From contig OZ024746.1 in the NCBI GenBank assembly GCA_964016885.1, forward strand, positions 62,000,001-62,064,000: a DNA stretch of 64,000 bases, written 5' to 3'. A program made the translations under genes and the position numbers. This DNA comes from Eledone cirrhosa (taxonomy: Eukaryota). The notes below the pieces were generated by a model that saw only the letters and a program-made list of their open reading frames with translations, ran no database searches and had not been told where the DNA came from. Of this stretch, positions 34,158 to 48,099 are shown piece after piece (the first letter of the stretch is position 1; each line of letters starts with the position of its first letter).

Positions 34158-34244
34158 AAAAATTGAACGGGAACAAAACAGAGAGGCAGTACGAACAAAG
34201 GTTTATTAGTTTCATGCTCTTGCGAGTGGGGTGGTGGTGGGGAA

Positions 34245-34280
34245 CGACGTTTCGGGCATAAGCCCTTCTTCAGGTGAAAA
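34245..34280 (-). ncRNA. Minimal hammerhead-like core (family H, element ~34153-34330; related end at 36020-36102)
   Basis: CUGAAGA AGGGC-UUAU-GCCC GAAAC GUC. Stem I is not convincing. Confidence 0.5.
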
Positions 34281-34326
34281 GCGTGTGGGAAGAGAGTTCC
34301 AAGGGTGTGTAGGGGAGTGGTGGAGA

Positions 34327-34411
<85 letters not shown>

Positions 34412-34536
34412 CTGGACCGGGTGATGCATTATGTCCTTCTACCTGGAGTTGCGACCGATAGATAGTATTAGCAATTGGAAAGACCAACGCGGAAACACTG
34501 TTTCCTCGGTCCGATTTGACGAAAGTCAATCGATCC

Positions 34537-34607
<71 letters not shown>

Positions 34608-34608
<1 letters not shown>

Positions 34609-34836
34609 CTTTCACCGTATTTTTGACTAAAGGAATTTTAGCCTGATAATGGGGTTTACAACCCTCAGATAAATAGAATAAGATGAGTATTGATGTACAT
34701 CAATACTCATCTTTTTCCATTTACCTGAGGGTTCTAAACCCCATTATCAGGCTAAAATTCCTTTAGTCAAAAATACGGTGAAAGCTATTCTATTTTCTAA
34801 TTTCAAACCTGCTCACTGTTTCAAAACATACTTACT

Positions 34837-34840
<4 letters not shown>
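34608..34840. repeat. Asymmetric palindrome in (TA)n with a one-sided tail; no clear hammerhead core
   Basis: 34608-34694 is inverted at 34698-34786. Tail extends to 34840. Confidence 0.7.
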
Positions 34841-34889
<49 letters not shown>

Positions 34890-34892
<3 letters not shown>

Positions 34893-35055
34893 AGAATCAA
34901 GACCCCGACGGCTGAGCTCCGGTCGTTTCGATAGCTAGATCTAGCTGTCGAAACTGCCGGAGCTCAGTCGTCGGGGTTCTGACTCCTTTTCCACTCTACT
35001 ACCCTAAGTATTGAGTACGTTCTGGTCCACCTGGTATCTTACCACACCCTCTTTG

Positions 35056-35057
<2 letters not shown>
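34890..35057. mobile_element. Family A inverted-repeat element (diverged)
   Basis: gaccccgacggctgagctc...gagctcagtcgtcgggg, followed by a cactctactaccctaagtattgagtac tail. Confidence 0.65.
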
Positions 35058-35098
<41 letters not shown>

Positions 35099-35100
<2 letters not shown>

Positions 35101-35928
35101 AACGTTATTCCGGGTTGAATCGGAGGTAACCACAGTAAGTAAGGTACTCAATACATAGCAGAGTATAACAGTTTTAATATAGATGAGATTCTACAGGACT
35201 AGAACTGTTTCATTCATTAGAAATCATCAGGAATCTGGGTATCAAAAAATAATATATTTTTTTTATATATGTGTGTGTGTTTTTATGTGTGTATATGTGT
35301 TTATGTGTGTCTTTATGGTTGCGCGTAAGTGTGTGAGTGAGTATGAGTGTTTTTTTGTTTTTTAGGTGTGGTTTCTTTTGTTTTTCTGTTTTTTTTTGTT
35401 TTATTGGGTTTTTTTGTTTTTTTGTGAATGTGTCTGTTGATTTGGCATATTGTTGATTAGTTTAAGAGAAGTTCGAAGATAATAGTAAGATATGCACTCA
35501 GTATTTTGAATCTGTCTGCAGAATTCCCTAGACCTTTGTCACTTAGCAGAACCTTAATGTAAAGAATCTCCCTTTTCTTTAATTCTATCGAGCATGAATG
35601 ACCCCCCACTGATTTTATAGACATCTGCTAGCTTAAGAGAAACTTATTGACAAGGAATGGTACGCCATCCAGAACCTGTTTATAGAATTCTGTCTGCCTT
35701 TGTTACTCTAAAAACATAAATAAATATAAATTAACTATAGCTATGTAGAATTAGCTTTTAATGAATTCCCTTCTCTATCAACCAATGACCTGCACCCATC
35801 CCACTCCCCACCCTCTCCTACCACTTGTAGAGACCTATAAATACCATATTTATTTTTTGATACCCAGATTCCTGATGATTTCTAATGAATGAAACAGTTC
35901 TAGTCCTGTAGAATCTCATCTATATTAA

Positions 35929-35932
<4 letters not shown>
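35099..35932. mobile_element. Family D hammerhead element with inverted ends and ~600-bp spacer
   Basis: 35171-35258 is the reverse complement of ~35846-35931. Tail 35099-35170. Flanked by (TA)n. Related pieces lie at 17171-17290, 17678-17850, 17930-18165, 19550-19640, 23390-23460 and 63541-63827. Confidence 0.75.
35866..35916 (+). ncRNA. Type I hammerhead ribozyme (family D)
   Basis: AGAUUC CUGAUGA UUUC-UAAU-GAAU GAAAC AG-UUCUAGUC-CU GUA/GAAUCU. All three stems form; predicted cleavage is after 35910. Confidence 0.8.
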
Positions 35933-36015
<83 letters not shown>

Positions 36016-36098
36016 CATACCACCACCCCACTCTCAAGAGCGTGAAATTAATAAACCTTTGTTCGTACTGCCTATCTGCTTTGTTCCCGTTCAATTTT

Positions 36099-36130
<32 letters not shown>

Positions 36131-36534
36131 ACAAAGAGGCTGTGGTATATATATATATACAATTTATTAATAAATGGAAACTATATTTATAAAACCTTAA
36201 TTATTTTATTTTATTATATATATTTCAAGGGCAACCAAGGCAGAGTTTGGTGCGTTTTCATCAGATAAAATACAAAATATGTTTTATAAATGTTGACATA
36301 CCCGTAGAAAAACAACCTTGACGGTTGAAGGTTCGCTGGATAGTGGAAACATTTTTTTAATTCAAAGTTCTGTGTGAGTATGCAAATGAATGTCCGAAAA
36401 AATTGAAAGAACAACCGTTTATTTAAATTATACTGTTGGAAGAAGAGAGAGAAAAAAAGTAATTTGTTTGAGTGCTTTATATCAGTTATAAAACTTTTAA
36501 GCTTATTGAATCCCAACAAATTAAATATAACTTC

Positions 36535-36613
<79 letters not shown>

Positions 36614-36703
36614 ATACTCGGGAAGGGTCATATTTGTGTAATATTGCCAGAATTAATAACAGAACACACTCACTGTTTGGTTGGTTTTCGCTTCTCGCTT
36701 CTG

Positions 36704-36759
<56 letters not shown>

Positions 36760-36956
36760 CAAATTAAATACGGATCGGATGGACAAATGAAACCGTCTTT
36801 CGTGTTTATTAAAATAAAGTACCAGTAATGCACTGGGTATTTGCTGGCCTTGTGCCTAAAGTAGAAACAATTATTATAATAAATCTCCGGATGAAGTGGC
36901 GTGCTTCCCATCTGTTAAGAAAATGTCGGCAGATTTTCAATCAATCCACTTTCATC

Positions 36957-37163
<207 letters not shown>

Positions 37164-37441
37164 TTGATTGATAGACAGATATATACATACGTACATTACA
37201 TACATATTTATATGCATAGATCCACACATATACACAGACGCATGCGCATATACATAGATCCACTCATGCAGACACACACACACACACACACATATACATG
37301 CATGTACTTATAGACACATATATGCATAAACACATGCATACATGCACATATACACATATACATACGTGTATAGATGCATACATATCCATACACCTATACC
37401 TAGATCCAAACAGGCATGTACTTACACACATGCAAAGACAC

Positions 37442-37503
<62 letters not shown>

Positions 37504-37647
37504 TACATATCACACATATATATATATATATGTGTGTGTTCTACTATTATATATATATATACACATGCATATGTATATATATCCTACTATATCCTACTAT
37601 ATCTTATTTCTGTTTAATTTACATACATACATACATACATACATGCA

Positions 37648-37709
<62 letters not shown>

Positions 37710-37899
37710 TTTATATATATATACGATATTAACAAATGGAAACTATATTTATAAAACCATATTTATTTCATTATACATATTTCAAGGACACCAAGTTAAA
37801 TTATGGTGTGCTTTCATCAGATAAAATATAATATAGAGCAGTTTTATAAATAAATATTGACATACCCTTAAAGAATGCAACCATTACTGTTGAAAGCTC

Positions 37900-37980
<81 letters not shown>

Positions 37981-38039
37981 TAGTAACACAACAGTTAGTT
38001 CACCATACCGAGAACAATTGGTTCACCTTATGCGGATCT

Positions 38040-38271
<232 letters not shown>

Positions 38272-38319
38272 GACAGATACATACGTATATACATCTAAAA
38301 AGTCTAAAGTCTGTCTTAA

Positions 38320-38578
38320 GCCAGAAGGCTCATTTGGCCGGTACTTATCCCGGTTTCATGGCTGAAGCAACTGAGAGTACAAGACTCCCCCCTGGACAGG
38401 ACGCCAGTCCATCGCAAGGTTAAACCTCAAGCTATTGCTGGTACTCATTTTCAGCTGAGTATACTGGAGCAACGTGAAATGAAGTGTCTTGCTCAAGAAC
38501 ACAACACGCAACCCAGGAATTGAACCCACAACATTATGATCATAAGTCCAACACCCTTACCACTAGGTCACGTGCCTC
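38320..38578 (-). mobile_element. SINE with a SINE-2-like head and a V-domain-like body
   Basis: tRNA-like head, TCTTGAGCAAGACACTT and CCTTGCGATGGACTGGCGTCCTGTCCAGGGG. Confidence 0.7.
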
Positions 38579-38639
38579 CACATATATATACATAGATCCA
38601 TATATATGCATATATACATATATACATATATGCATGTGT

Positions 38640-38855
38640 GTGTGTGTGTGTGTGCGTGTTGTGTGTAAATATACTTATATATGTGTATATTTGTGTGTGT
38701 GACTGTATGTACACACATATATACATATATGTATGTACACACATATATACATATATATGCGTGTGTGTGTGTGTGTGTGTGTAAATATACATATATATGT
38801 GTATATTTGTGTGTGTGTGTGTGTGACTGTATGTACACACATATATACATATATA

Positions 38856-38910
<55 letters not shown>

Positions 38911-38975
38911 ATACATATATATGTGTATATTTGTGTGTGTGTGTGTGACTATGTACACACATATATTCATCTATA

Positions 38976-39022
<47 letters not shown>

Positions 39023-39083
39023 ATACATATATATGTGTATATTTGTGTGTGTGTGACTATGTACACACATATATGCATATATA

Positions 39084-39119
<36 letters not shown>

Positions 39120-39328
39120 GTGTGTGTGTAAATATACATATATATGTGTATATTTGTGTGTGTGTGTGTGACTATGTACACACATATATGCATATATATG
39201 CGTGTGTGTGTGTGTGTGTGTAAATATACATATATATGTGTATATTTGTGTGTGTGTGTGTAAATATACATATATATGTGTATATTTGTGTGTGTGTGTG
39301 ACTGTATGTACACATATATACATATATA

Positions 39329-39360
<32 letters not shown>

Positions 39361-39530
39361 TGTGTAAATATACATATATATGTGTATATTTGTGTGTGTG
39401 TGTGACTGTATGTACACACATATACATCTATATGCGTGTGTGTGTGTGTGTGTGTGTGTGACTGTATGTACACACATATATACATATATATGTGTATATT
39501 TGTGTGCGTGTGTGACTGCGTATATACATA
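38640..39530. repeat. Complex TG/TA-derived minisatellite
   Basis: GTAAATATACATATATATGTGTATATTTG(TG)nACT units recur. Confidence 0.85.
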
Positions 39531-40851
39531 TATACATATATACATATGCTGATACATATACCATACTCTTCCATACATACATATATAATACATCTAGACA
39601 GAAGATGTGTATGTATTCAATTCATGGGTTCGATTTCTGTGGAAGTAAAACCCTATGATATCAATTCTTGACCAAATCTGTCATCGAATGCGAACTGCGT
39701 ATGTTTGTGTATTTCTACGTATATGTCTGTATGTGTGTGTGTTTGTATCATTGTGCCAATACATATGTGTACGTGCGAGTGTCTCTCTGTTTGTGTGTAT
39801 GCACGCCGCGTATATGTACTGTATGTGTGTGTGTTTGTATGATTGTGTCAATACATATGTGTACGTGCGAGTGTCTCTCTGTTTGTGTGTATGCGCGCCG
39901 CGTATATGTACTGTATATGTATTTATGTTTGTTTGTATACGTGTGTGTTTTTTTTTTTAATGTTTTATAAGTGTTTGCGTGAGTGTGTACATGTATGTGT
40001 GCGTATGTAAGAACAAGCAGGTGCAGAGTAAAGAGAGGGGAGGAGAGTAAGGGAGAGAGAATGAGGTGGAGAGAGTGAGGGGGGTGAGTGTGTAGGGAAG
40101 AGAAGGGTGCGTATAGAGAGTGGGGTGAAGAGAGTGAGGGGGAGAGAGTGGGGGAGTAAGGTGTGGATAGAGTGAGGGGGGAAGAGGGAGAGTGAGGGGG
40201 AAGAGGGAGAGTGAGGGGCAGTAGAGGGGAGAGAGAGTGAGGCGGAGAAAGTGAGGAGGAGAAAGTGGGGGGAGAGAAGGGTGTGGATAGAGAGAGGGTG
40301 GAGAGGAAGAGAGAGATAGGGGGGGGGTCGGAGGGTGGAGGGGGAGAAAGAGGCGAGGCAGGCCGACAGAGAAAGAGATGTGCAGGGAAGAGAGTTTTCT
40401 AAAGAAACCGCCGGACGTGTGTAAGATTTAATGTAGCTCATGTAGAATGCAAGGAAGCTAATTCCTGGATTTGCTTGTTGTCGCAGCATCAACACTTCTT
40501 GCCAAATATGTCTAATAGGGTTTATAGCAGAGATTATACTGGCTGAACACTGTAAATGGTCCGAACCACACAAACAAGAAGAAACGAAAGCAAAGAAAGA
40601 AGAGAACAAATACAAAAGAGAAAAATATCAGGCGCATAAAATAAACAAGCAAATGCAGAGAAATGAACTGAGCAACAATCAAAACTCCCGACTAAGACAC
40701 GCCCTTTATTAAGGAGAGAGATGGGGTAGGAGAGAGAGGAGGAGTGAGAAAGAGAGGTGGGGTGATAGATAGATAGATAGAGAGATAGATAGATAGAAAG
40801 GGGGGGTGAGAGAGAAGGAGAGAGAGGGGGAGTGAGATAGCGAGGTGGGGT

Positions 40852-40889
<38 letters not shown>

Positions 40890-42063
40890 AGGGGGCTGAG
40901 AGAGAAGGAGAGAGAGGGGGGTGAGATAGAGAGGTGGGGGTGAGAGATAGATAGATAGATAGAGAGATGGAGAGAGGCGAGAGAGAAGGAGAGAGAGGGG
41001 GAGTGCGATAGAAGGGTGGAGTGAGCGATAGATAGATAGATAGATAGATAGAGAGAGAGGTGGGGAGAGGCGAGAGAGGAGAGAGAGGTGGAGTGATAGA
41101 TAGAGAGAGAGAAAGAGAGAGAGAAAGAGGGGGGGATAGATAGTTAGATAGATAGAGAGAGAGAGACAGAGAGAGAGAGAGTGAGAGAGAGAGGGGGAGA
41201 TGGCAGTGTGTTGAAATTAATTCAAGACCATCTTGCTATTTTATTTCGTTCATTTTAAATGTATTTTTTTGCTACGAGGATGTAGCGGGGAGGGGGTGGT
41301 AGGATAACTAGAGCTGAGATGTGGTTATTGGACAGCGGAGGAAACTGACGGTTTAATTAATGATCGATAGTAGAGAGGAGGAGAAGGAGAGGAGGGAGAG
41401 GGGGGGGGAGAAGAAGAAGAAGAAGAAGAAGAAAAAGAAGAAGAATGAGCAGAAGAAGAAGAAGAAGAAGAAGAAGAAGAAGAAGAAGGCATAGGGCCAT
41501 CAATTTTGGGGAGGAGAAAGTCGATTATATATCGACCTCAGTGCGTTACTGGTACTTTATTTTATCGAACCGAACCCATAGGGATCAGAAAGGCAAAGCT
41601 ACCCTCGGCGGGATTCGAACTCAGAATGTAAAGGGCCGTAACTCTATGTTGCGATGCAGGGTGTCCGACGCTCTACCGATTCTGCCAATCCACCGCCTTC
41701 TAGTACTATAGTGATTATAGTATTTCGTGGAGTCCCTTTACGTTCTATATTCATATCTCTCCGGGGTCTACTTTACCAGGAATAAGTGGGCGAAGAAGAA
41801 GAAGAAGAAGAAGAAGAAGAAGAAGAAGAAGAAGAAGAAGAAGAAGAAGAAGAAAAAAAAAAGAAAACGAATTTTTCTGACACACCTCGTATGTGTGTGT
41901 ACACATGTATCAGTGTAAGCCAAGTGTATGCTTATTACTTATTATACTCGTATGTCTTTGTGTGTTTTGTAGTTTGAGAGTTTGCATGTATGTTTGTATG
42001 CATGTATATATTTATGTATGCATGTATGTATGTATGTATGTATGTATGTATGTATGTATGTAT

Positions 42064-42402
42064 GTTATCTCTTTCACTTAATTTCGAGTATATTTTTTTT
42101 GACCGGCAACCTTCCTGGTGGCAAGGTTGTAAAAGAAAAGAAATTGTCATCCCTTGAATCGCAAGAATGTTTTGCAAATTTTGAAGGTGCCAGCTATCGC
42201 AGCCATTTGTAGACTATGAATTAGGGAGCTGCGCTTTTTGTCCGCAAATCCAAGTTCAGTCATACTTTGGTCCAAGCAGGTTGGTATATAACCCGTAGCT
42301 CCAATAATGATGGGTATGAAGCTAAAGGTGTATCTTGGATACTGAATTTGTAAACTCCTCATCAATGGTCCGTAGATGTCCTCCTTCTCCTGTATTTTTC
42401 TT
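42064..42402 (-). pseudogene. R4/Dong-like non-LTR retrotransposon 3' end
   Basis: QEKEDIYGPLMRSLQIQYPRYTFSFIPIIIGATGYIP...LQMAAIAGTFKICKTFL resembles the C-terminus after the restriction-like endonuclease. (TATG)n lies on both sides. Confidence 0.72.
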
Positions 42403-42746
42403 ATGTATGTATGTATGTATGTATGTATGTATGTATGTATGTATGTATGTATGTATGTATGTATGTATGTATGTATGTATGTATGTATGTATATATGTAT
42501 GTATATATGTATGTATATATATATATGTATGTATGTATGTAGGTATATATGTATACATGTATGTATGTGTATATATGTATGCATGAATGTATGTATATAT
42601 GTATGCATGTATGTATGTATGCATGTATGTATGTATATATGTATGCATGTACGTATGCATATATATATGTATGCATCTATGTATGTATATATGTAGGCAT
42701 GTAAGTATGTATATATATATATGCATGTATGTATGTATGTATATAT

Positions 42747-43282
42747 GTCGGGTCACTCTTGAGTGCTACTGGTAACATGTAACCCAGTACAACCTGTCGC
42801 ATGGTCGGGTCGTCGGCGACTAAACCGGCAACCCCACCAAGTTTACTTGGTGAGGAGGGTGATTTTGGACACCCTGCAGGACAAAAAACAAAACCTAACA
42901 ATGGACGGAAGAACTCTTAAGAGTCAACGGCCATCCGAAAGTGTGTAATTATGTATATACACATGTACCGCGCGGTTAAACCACTGGGAGTGAAGGACCT
43001 CTAGCTTTTGTCAGGGCATTCTTCTAGGAGAAGGCAACTCAGGAAACTGGGATAATTCCGACATAAAACCTGCGGCTCAGTAGTAACCGATGATGTTGAT
43101 CTTTTCTTCTTTTCGGGTTATAGCTACTGTCGCTCATGGAATGGGATTGGCTCAGTGCACAGTCTCTCCTCACTTTAAAAAAATCTTCACGCACAAGCAT
43201 TGTACGATAGAATTAATTAATAATTATTAATAATGGTATATCGTGCAATGGCCATACTCGATAACGAGGGGGCAGTCATCAT
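42747..43282 (+). mobile_element. Diverged copy of the RTE-derived family (another lies at ~19677-20118 +)
   Basis: Same 5' leader, the block CTTGGTGAGGAGGGTGA and the 3' end CTCGATAACGAG. Confidence 0.62.
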
Positions 43283-44035
43283 GTATATATGTATGCATAT
43301 ATATGCAGGAATATATAATGTATGTATGATGTATGTATGCATGTATATAGGTATGTTGTATTGTATATGTATATATGAATGTATGATGTATGTGTGTAAG
43401 TACCTATGTATGTATGCTTGCATGTATTATGTATGTATGTATGTACGTACCTAGGTATGTACCTATGTATGTATTTTACATAAAGACTTTGAAATGACTT
43501 TAGTCTTTTTAAGAAAGAATTTAAGAGAACTTTCGACAGTATATTCTAGCAAATACTTCAGTTGTTAAAAATGTATTTTAAAATAAACACGAGAGAATCT
43601 TCCTTGTAACATTTGCCTAACTTGATAATTCTGGGTTTCCAATATCAAATTCCAACCGAACAATTTTAATTGAGTTATGAGTCATATCTTAAATTTTGAT
43701 ATCCATATCGATTGTATATTCACGTGAGATATATTTCAAATATATTAATTCCGGCAGCAATTTTGATACATACAGTTCACATTGTATATTGTAATACATG
43801 CCGAGAGTGTTATTGTGTAGGTATATAGTTAGTCACCGGTGCCATGTGATGTTTGTATGTTTAATATATTTATATATTTATATATTTATATATTTATATA
43901 TTTTTGATGAATTTCAATAAACAAAAATATTAACTTCAAATAAGTAAATCTAGAAACACGTATACAGCAACTATTACTTTCTCACACACATACACATCCC
44001 ATATATGTGAGTATGTGTGTTGGTGTGTTTGTGTT

Positions 44036-44067
<32 letters not shown>

Positions 44068-44284
44068 TGTGTATATGTGTGTATATATATATATAGGTGT
44101 GTGTGTGTATATATATGTGTGTGTAAATGTGTGTGTGCGTGTATGTGTTTGTGTGTGAGCGAATATGTGTGTTTGTGAATGTGTGTTTATGTGTTTGTGT
44201 GTGTGTGTAAATGTGTGCGTGCGTGTGTGTGAGCGAGTACGTGTGTATTTGTGTGTGTGGGTTTGTGTGTTTGTGTTTGGGTAT

Positions 44285-44335
<51 letters not shown>

Positions 44336-44807
44336 AGTTTTGTATGCGTGTGTGTATGCGATAAGTCAACGAGGATAAACACCACATGAGAACAATACAG
44401 TACAATGATGATGTATATTAGTTTAACGCTTGATATAGTAGGGAAGGTGTCTTAACTTTTCAGACGTTTGTTCTTCATCTGAGGATAGATTGAAAGATTG
44501 GAGGAGAAATAGAAAGATAAACTAGAGGAAGAAGAGGGAGAAAGGGAACTTTTTACACGAGGAAAGTGTGTGCTTAGTAAGAAACGGGAGAAAAATACAC
44601 GATACCAGAAATAGATCATTTAATTCTATAAGTAACTGACACCAGAAATTTAAACAAACTGACTGATTCGTCAGTTACCATCCTAAATATAAGAAAACCT
44701 TGAATTTCCTTTGATATCTGTAATATCCTTGGATTTTCATGCTTGAAACGGATTGCTGAAGATAGGAAATAATTGTTTGTTCTGTTTGTATAGTCCAATA
44801 TTTGAGT

Positions 44808-44905
<98 letters not shown>

Positions 44906-44999
44906 AACAGGTAAAACAGACGAGCTTTGTTACCTTCTTTTATCTTAAATTGTACCACACCTTTTGCATTGTCACAGCCCTTCGAATCGCATACCTTCT

Positions 45000-45102
<103 letters not shown>

Positions 45103-45183
45103 GGTAAACAGAAATAACAAGACAATCGGTACAGTATATAGAAGGAATATATTAGGTTAACGCTTGAAATAGCAGGAAGAGGG

Positions 45184-45219
45184 TCTTAACGTTTCGGACG
45201 CTAGTCTTTCATCAGAAGA
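45184..45219 (-). ncRNA. Minimal hammerhead (family I; a degenerate relative lies at ~44445-44485)
   Basis: UCUU CUGAUGA AAGAC-UAGC-GUCC GAAAC GUU/AAGA. Confidence 0.62.
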
Positions 45220-45306
45220 AAGAATGAGAAATTATATAGATTGAAGGGACGGGCGGGGTGGAATTGGAAAAAAATGTCTTTAGATAAAAATAACAGGTCC
45301 ATTCAT

Positions 45307-45347
<41 letters not shown>

Positions 45348-45349
<2 letters not shown>

Positions 45350-45680
45350 TTACATGAATCAAAGTTCTGTTTAAATCATTTATTTGCTTACAATTGTTTC
45401 TTCCAAACCGAGGTTTGGGGTCTTCGGAGCAATTATTCAGTGATTTTTAACATACTTGACCTCCTTTTCAACACAAGAGACATATAGAAACATATGTATA
45501 TATTGACCCACAGTGGGTTGACATCCATTATAATAATATAGCATGGTAATTTACATACAAAGATTACAGTCATATTAAAGGACAAAATTAAAGTTAAAAT
45601 TAAAATAAAAATAAAAATAAAAATAAAAATAAAAATAAAAATAAAACATTGGCAGTTTACTAAGATAAAGCAAGAGGAAA
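45348..45680 (-). mobile_element. Family E copy with variant hammerhead (45384-45432 -)
   Basis: Homologous to 10750-11052. UUGCU CCGAAGA CC-CCAAACC-UC-GGUUUGG-AA GAAAC AAUU GUA/AGCAA. Confidence 0.65.
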
Positions 45681-45777
45681 TACTATATATATATATATAT
45701 AATAAGTGTATAGGGTCATATGTATATTGAATATAAATAACAATAACCTTTACTTGAATTGATTTTGATATTCAATA

Positions 45778-45799
45778 TTTCTTTTTCTTGTTGTTGCAG
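45778..45799 (+). promoter_or_regulatory. Polypyrimidine tract and 3' splice acceptor of the Gbx homeobox exon (phase 1)
   Basis: tttctttttcttgttgttgcAG immediately precedes the open frame. Confidence 0.85.
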
Positions 45800-46284
45800 A
45801 TAACGGCTGTATAAGATTAACGTCCGGTGATAACGGAGCAGATAGCGATGTCAGTGATGCTGGAATGTCATCACGGCAGTCATTGTCACCAGATTCTGAC
45901 ACTAAAGTAGGAGGTAAAACATCAGATGATTATATTAATGGTGGTGGTGCGGGTTCCAACAAAACTCGCCGACGTCGAACAGCGTTTACCAGCGAGCAAT
46001 TGCTGGAACTTGAAAAGGAATTTCATAGTAAGAAATATTTGTCCTTAACAGAACGCTCACAGATTGCACATAATTTGAAACTTAGCGAAGTCCAGGTAAA
46101 AATCTGGTTTCAAAACCGACGGGCCAAGTGGAAACGAGTAAAAGCTGGTATTATCCACGGACGTCATGGTGGTGACCCGAACAGCAAACCTAAAATCATT
46201 GTCCCTATCCCTGTCCATGTCAACAGGATGGCCATCCGGACACAACATCAACAGCTGGAGAAGTCAGCAATTAGACCATTGTAG
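45800..46284 (+). CDS. Gbx: Gbx/unplugged homeobox transcription factor, last coding exon (homeodomain ~45964-46143)
   Basis: Translation [60 protein letters not shown] is followed by the Gbx-typical C-terminal motif [25 protein letters not shown]. The frame stays open upstream of the ORF-track Met ([21 protein letters not shown]) back to a splice acceptor. Stop is TAG at 46282-46284. Confidence 0.96.
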
Positions 46285-46587
46285 CAGAGCAGGCACTTCC
46301 TCTTCTCCCGGGGGGGGGGGGGGGAAATTCATCATCATCAATTTCACTACAATCCCTACTATCACCAACACCACCTCTCCTAACACCGTCACCGCCGCTG
46401 CCGCCACCACCACCACCACCACCATATTCATCACCACGATCACCAACGCCGCCGCCGCCGCCGCCACCACCACCACCACTACCAACAGCACCTCCATCAT
46501 CAACTCTAACACTACTACTACCACCACCACCACCACCACGATCACCTCCACCACCTCCACCACGACTACTAACACCACCTCGATCGT

Positions 46588-46638
<51 letters not shown>

Positions 46639-46764
46639 GGTCATTATCAACAACAACAACAACACTAACAAGTACAATCGTAACCTCAATATTAACAACA
46701 GCAAGGCACTGGTAATAACTGCTACATCCAAAGCCACAAGAGAACCTCTAATTGTTCAATGGAT

Positions 46765-46956
46765 CTATTAGAGAGAGCAGCCAAATTCCTCTCAATCACG
46801 CGATACTGTCTTAGATAAAGAAGGACACATTGTAAAATACAATAGTCTTAGATATGTCTGCAAGAAATATGGGTTGGTCACCGTTGGAATACTTTTGAGT
46901 ATATGTTTGCTCAATCATAACTGACCTAGGGCTAAATACCACAAACAACAACAATA

Positions 46957-47021
<65 letters not shown>

Positions 47022-47820
47022 AGATGATTAAGAATAAAATCAGAAAAAACAATGACGACAGCAACAACAATAACAACAACACAGGAGCCAACGAGGAAGC
47101 TGCTACAATGTAGAGCCTATATGGTCATGTGAACTGCTAGAAATAGCAGTAAAATCTCTCTTCAATCACAACCTAATGTCATAAAGAAAGAAGGATATAT
47201 AGGATAATTTGAATCAAGCTCAATATGTTACTGGTTTTTAGTCAAGTCCGGGCAGTCGAAAATCAGAATTGACCATTACCTAGAATTGGTCTCAAATAAT
47301 TAATATAAAAAAGCACAGGACTAACTACTACAATTACACTCAGTCAGCTCTATTGTTCCGTTGTTTTTTACAGTAATAATATTGATCCCTCATGTGGAAC
47401 CAATGTTGCATATTTATAGGAGTAAATGTCAAATAAATCTCCCCCCCCCCTCGCATTACTATATAATTCGTATTTATCAAGCCGGCAAAAAAAAAAAAAA
47501 AAAAGAAGTAAAATGGCCGAATACGACTCCGGTAAAATCCAAGCCTAAAATATCGTAACTAAATATGTAGACTATCTTTCCTGTCAGACTTTCAACAAAG
47601 TGAGCCTCTGCATGGTCACTTAACCCGCTAGAAATAGAAACTTTCATATCTTGAATAAGGAAAAGATACATTCGATAATGTAGTCCAAAATATCCATAAA
47701 GAGGCGGGATTGTCATCATGATCTTTGATCATAGTTGAGCTCAATCAGGGCTGACCTATGGCTAAACAACAACAAATAACAACATAATGTTCGAACTGCT
47801 AGGAATAGCCGCCAAATCTT
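46765..47820 (+). mobile_element. Several copies of a SINE/LINE-tail repeat ending CTGACCTAGGGCTAAA(CAA)n, downstream of the Gbx stop
   Basis: CTGCTAGAAATAGCAG and GCTCAATCA...CTGACCT blocks recur at ~46765-46955, 47110-47210 and 47600-47820. The same end recurs at ~54410. Confidence 0.55.
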
Positions 47821-48099
47821 ACTGAAACGATACCTTTCTGTCTAAAAATGTAAGTATATTTACAGGTGGACACATGAATAAATCTATGATAGGTTTTCGT
47901 AGAGGTAAATTCACTGGACACATCTTTTCCAACGTCCCACATAAATATATTCTTGCCTTTGTGAAATTTAGTGAAAACAATGTTGTTACTTTGTCTTTGG
48001 CAAATCCCTTGACTATATCTGCCAAAGTCGTCTGTCATTATCTTCATCCATCTCCCCCCCCCCTCTCTCTCTCTCTCAGATCTACATCATATCAATTGA

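Noticed and set aside
45865-45867. ORF-track ATG as the Gbx start codon
   Set aside because: The frame is open upstream to a strong splice acceptor, and Gbx proteins normally have a longer N-terminus.
46166-46771. Overlapping Thr-rich ORF after the Gbx homeobox
   Set aside because: It is produced by CAC/CAT/AAC triplet repeats in the presumed 3' UTR.
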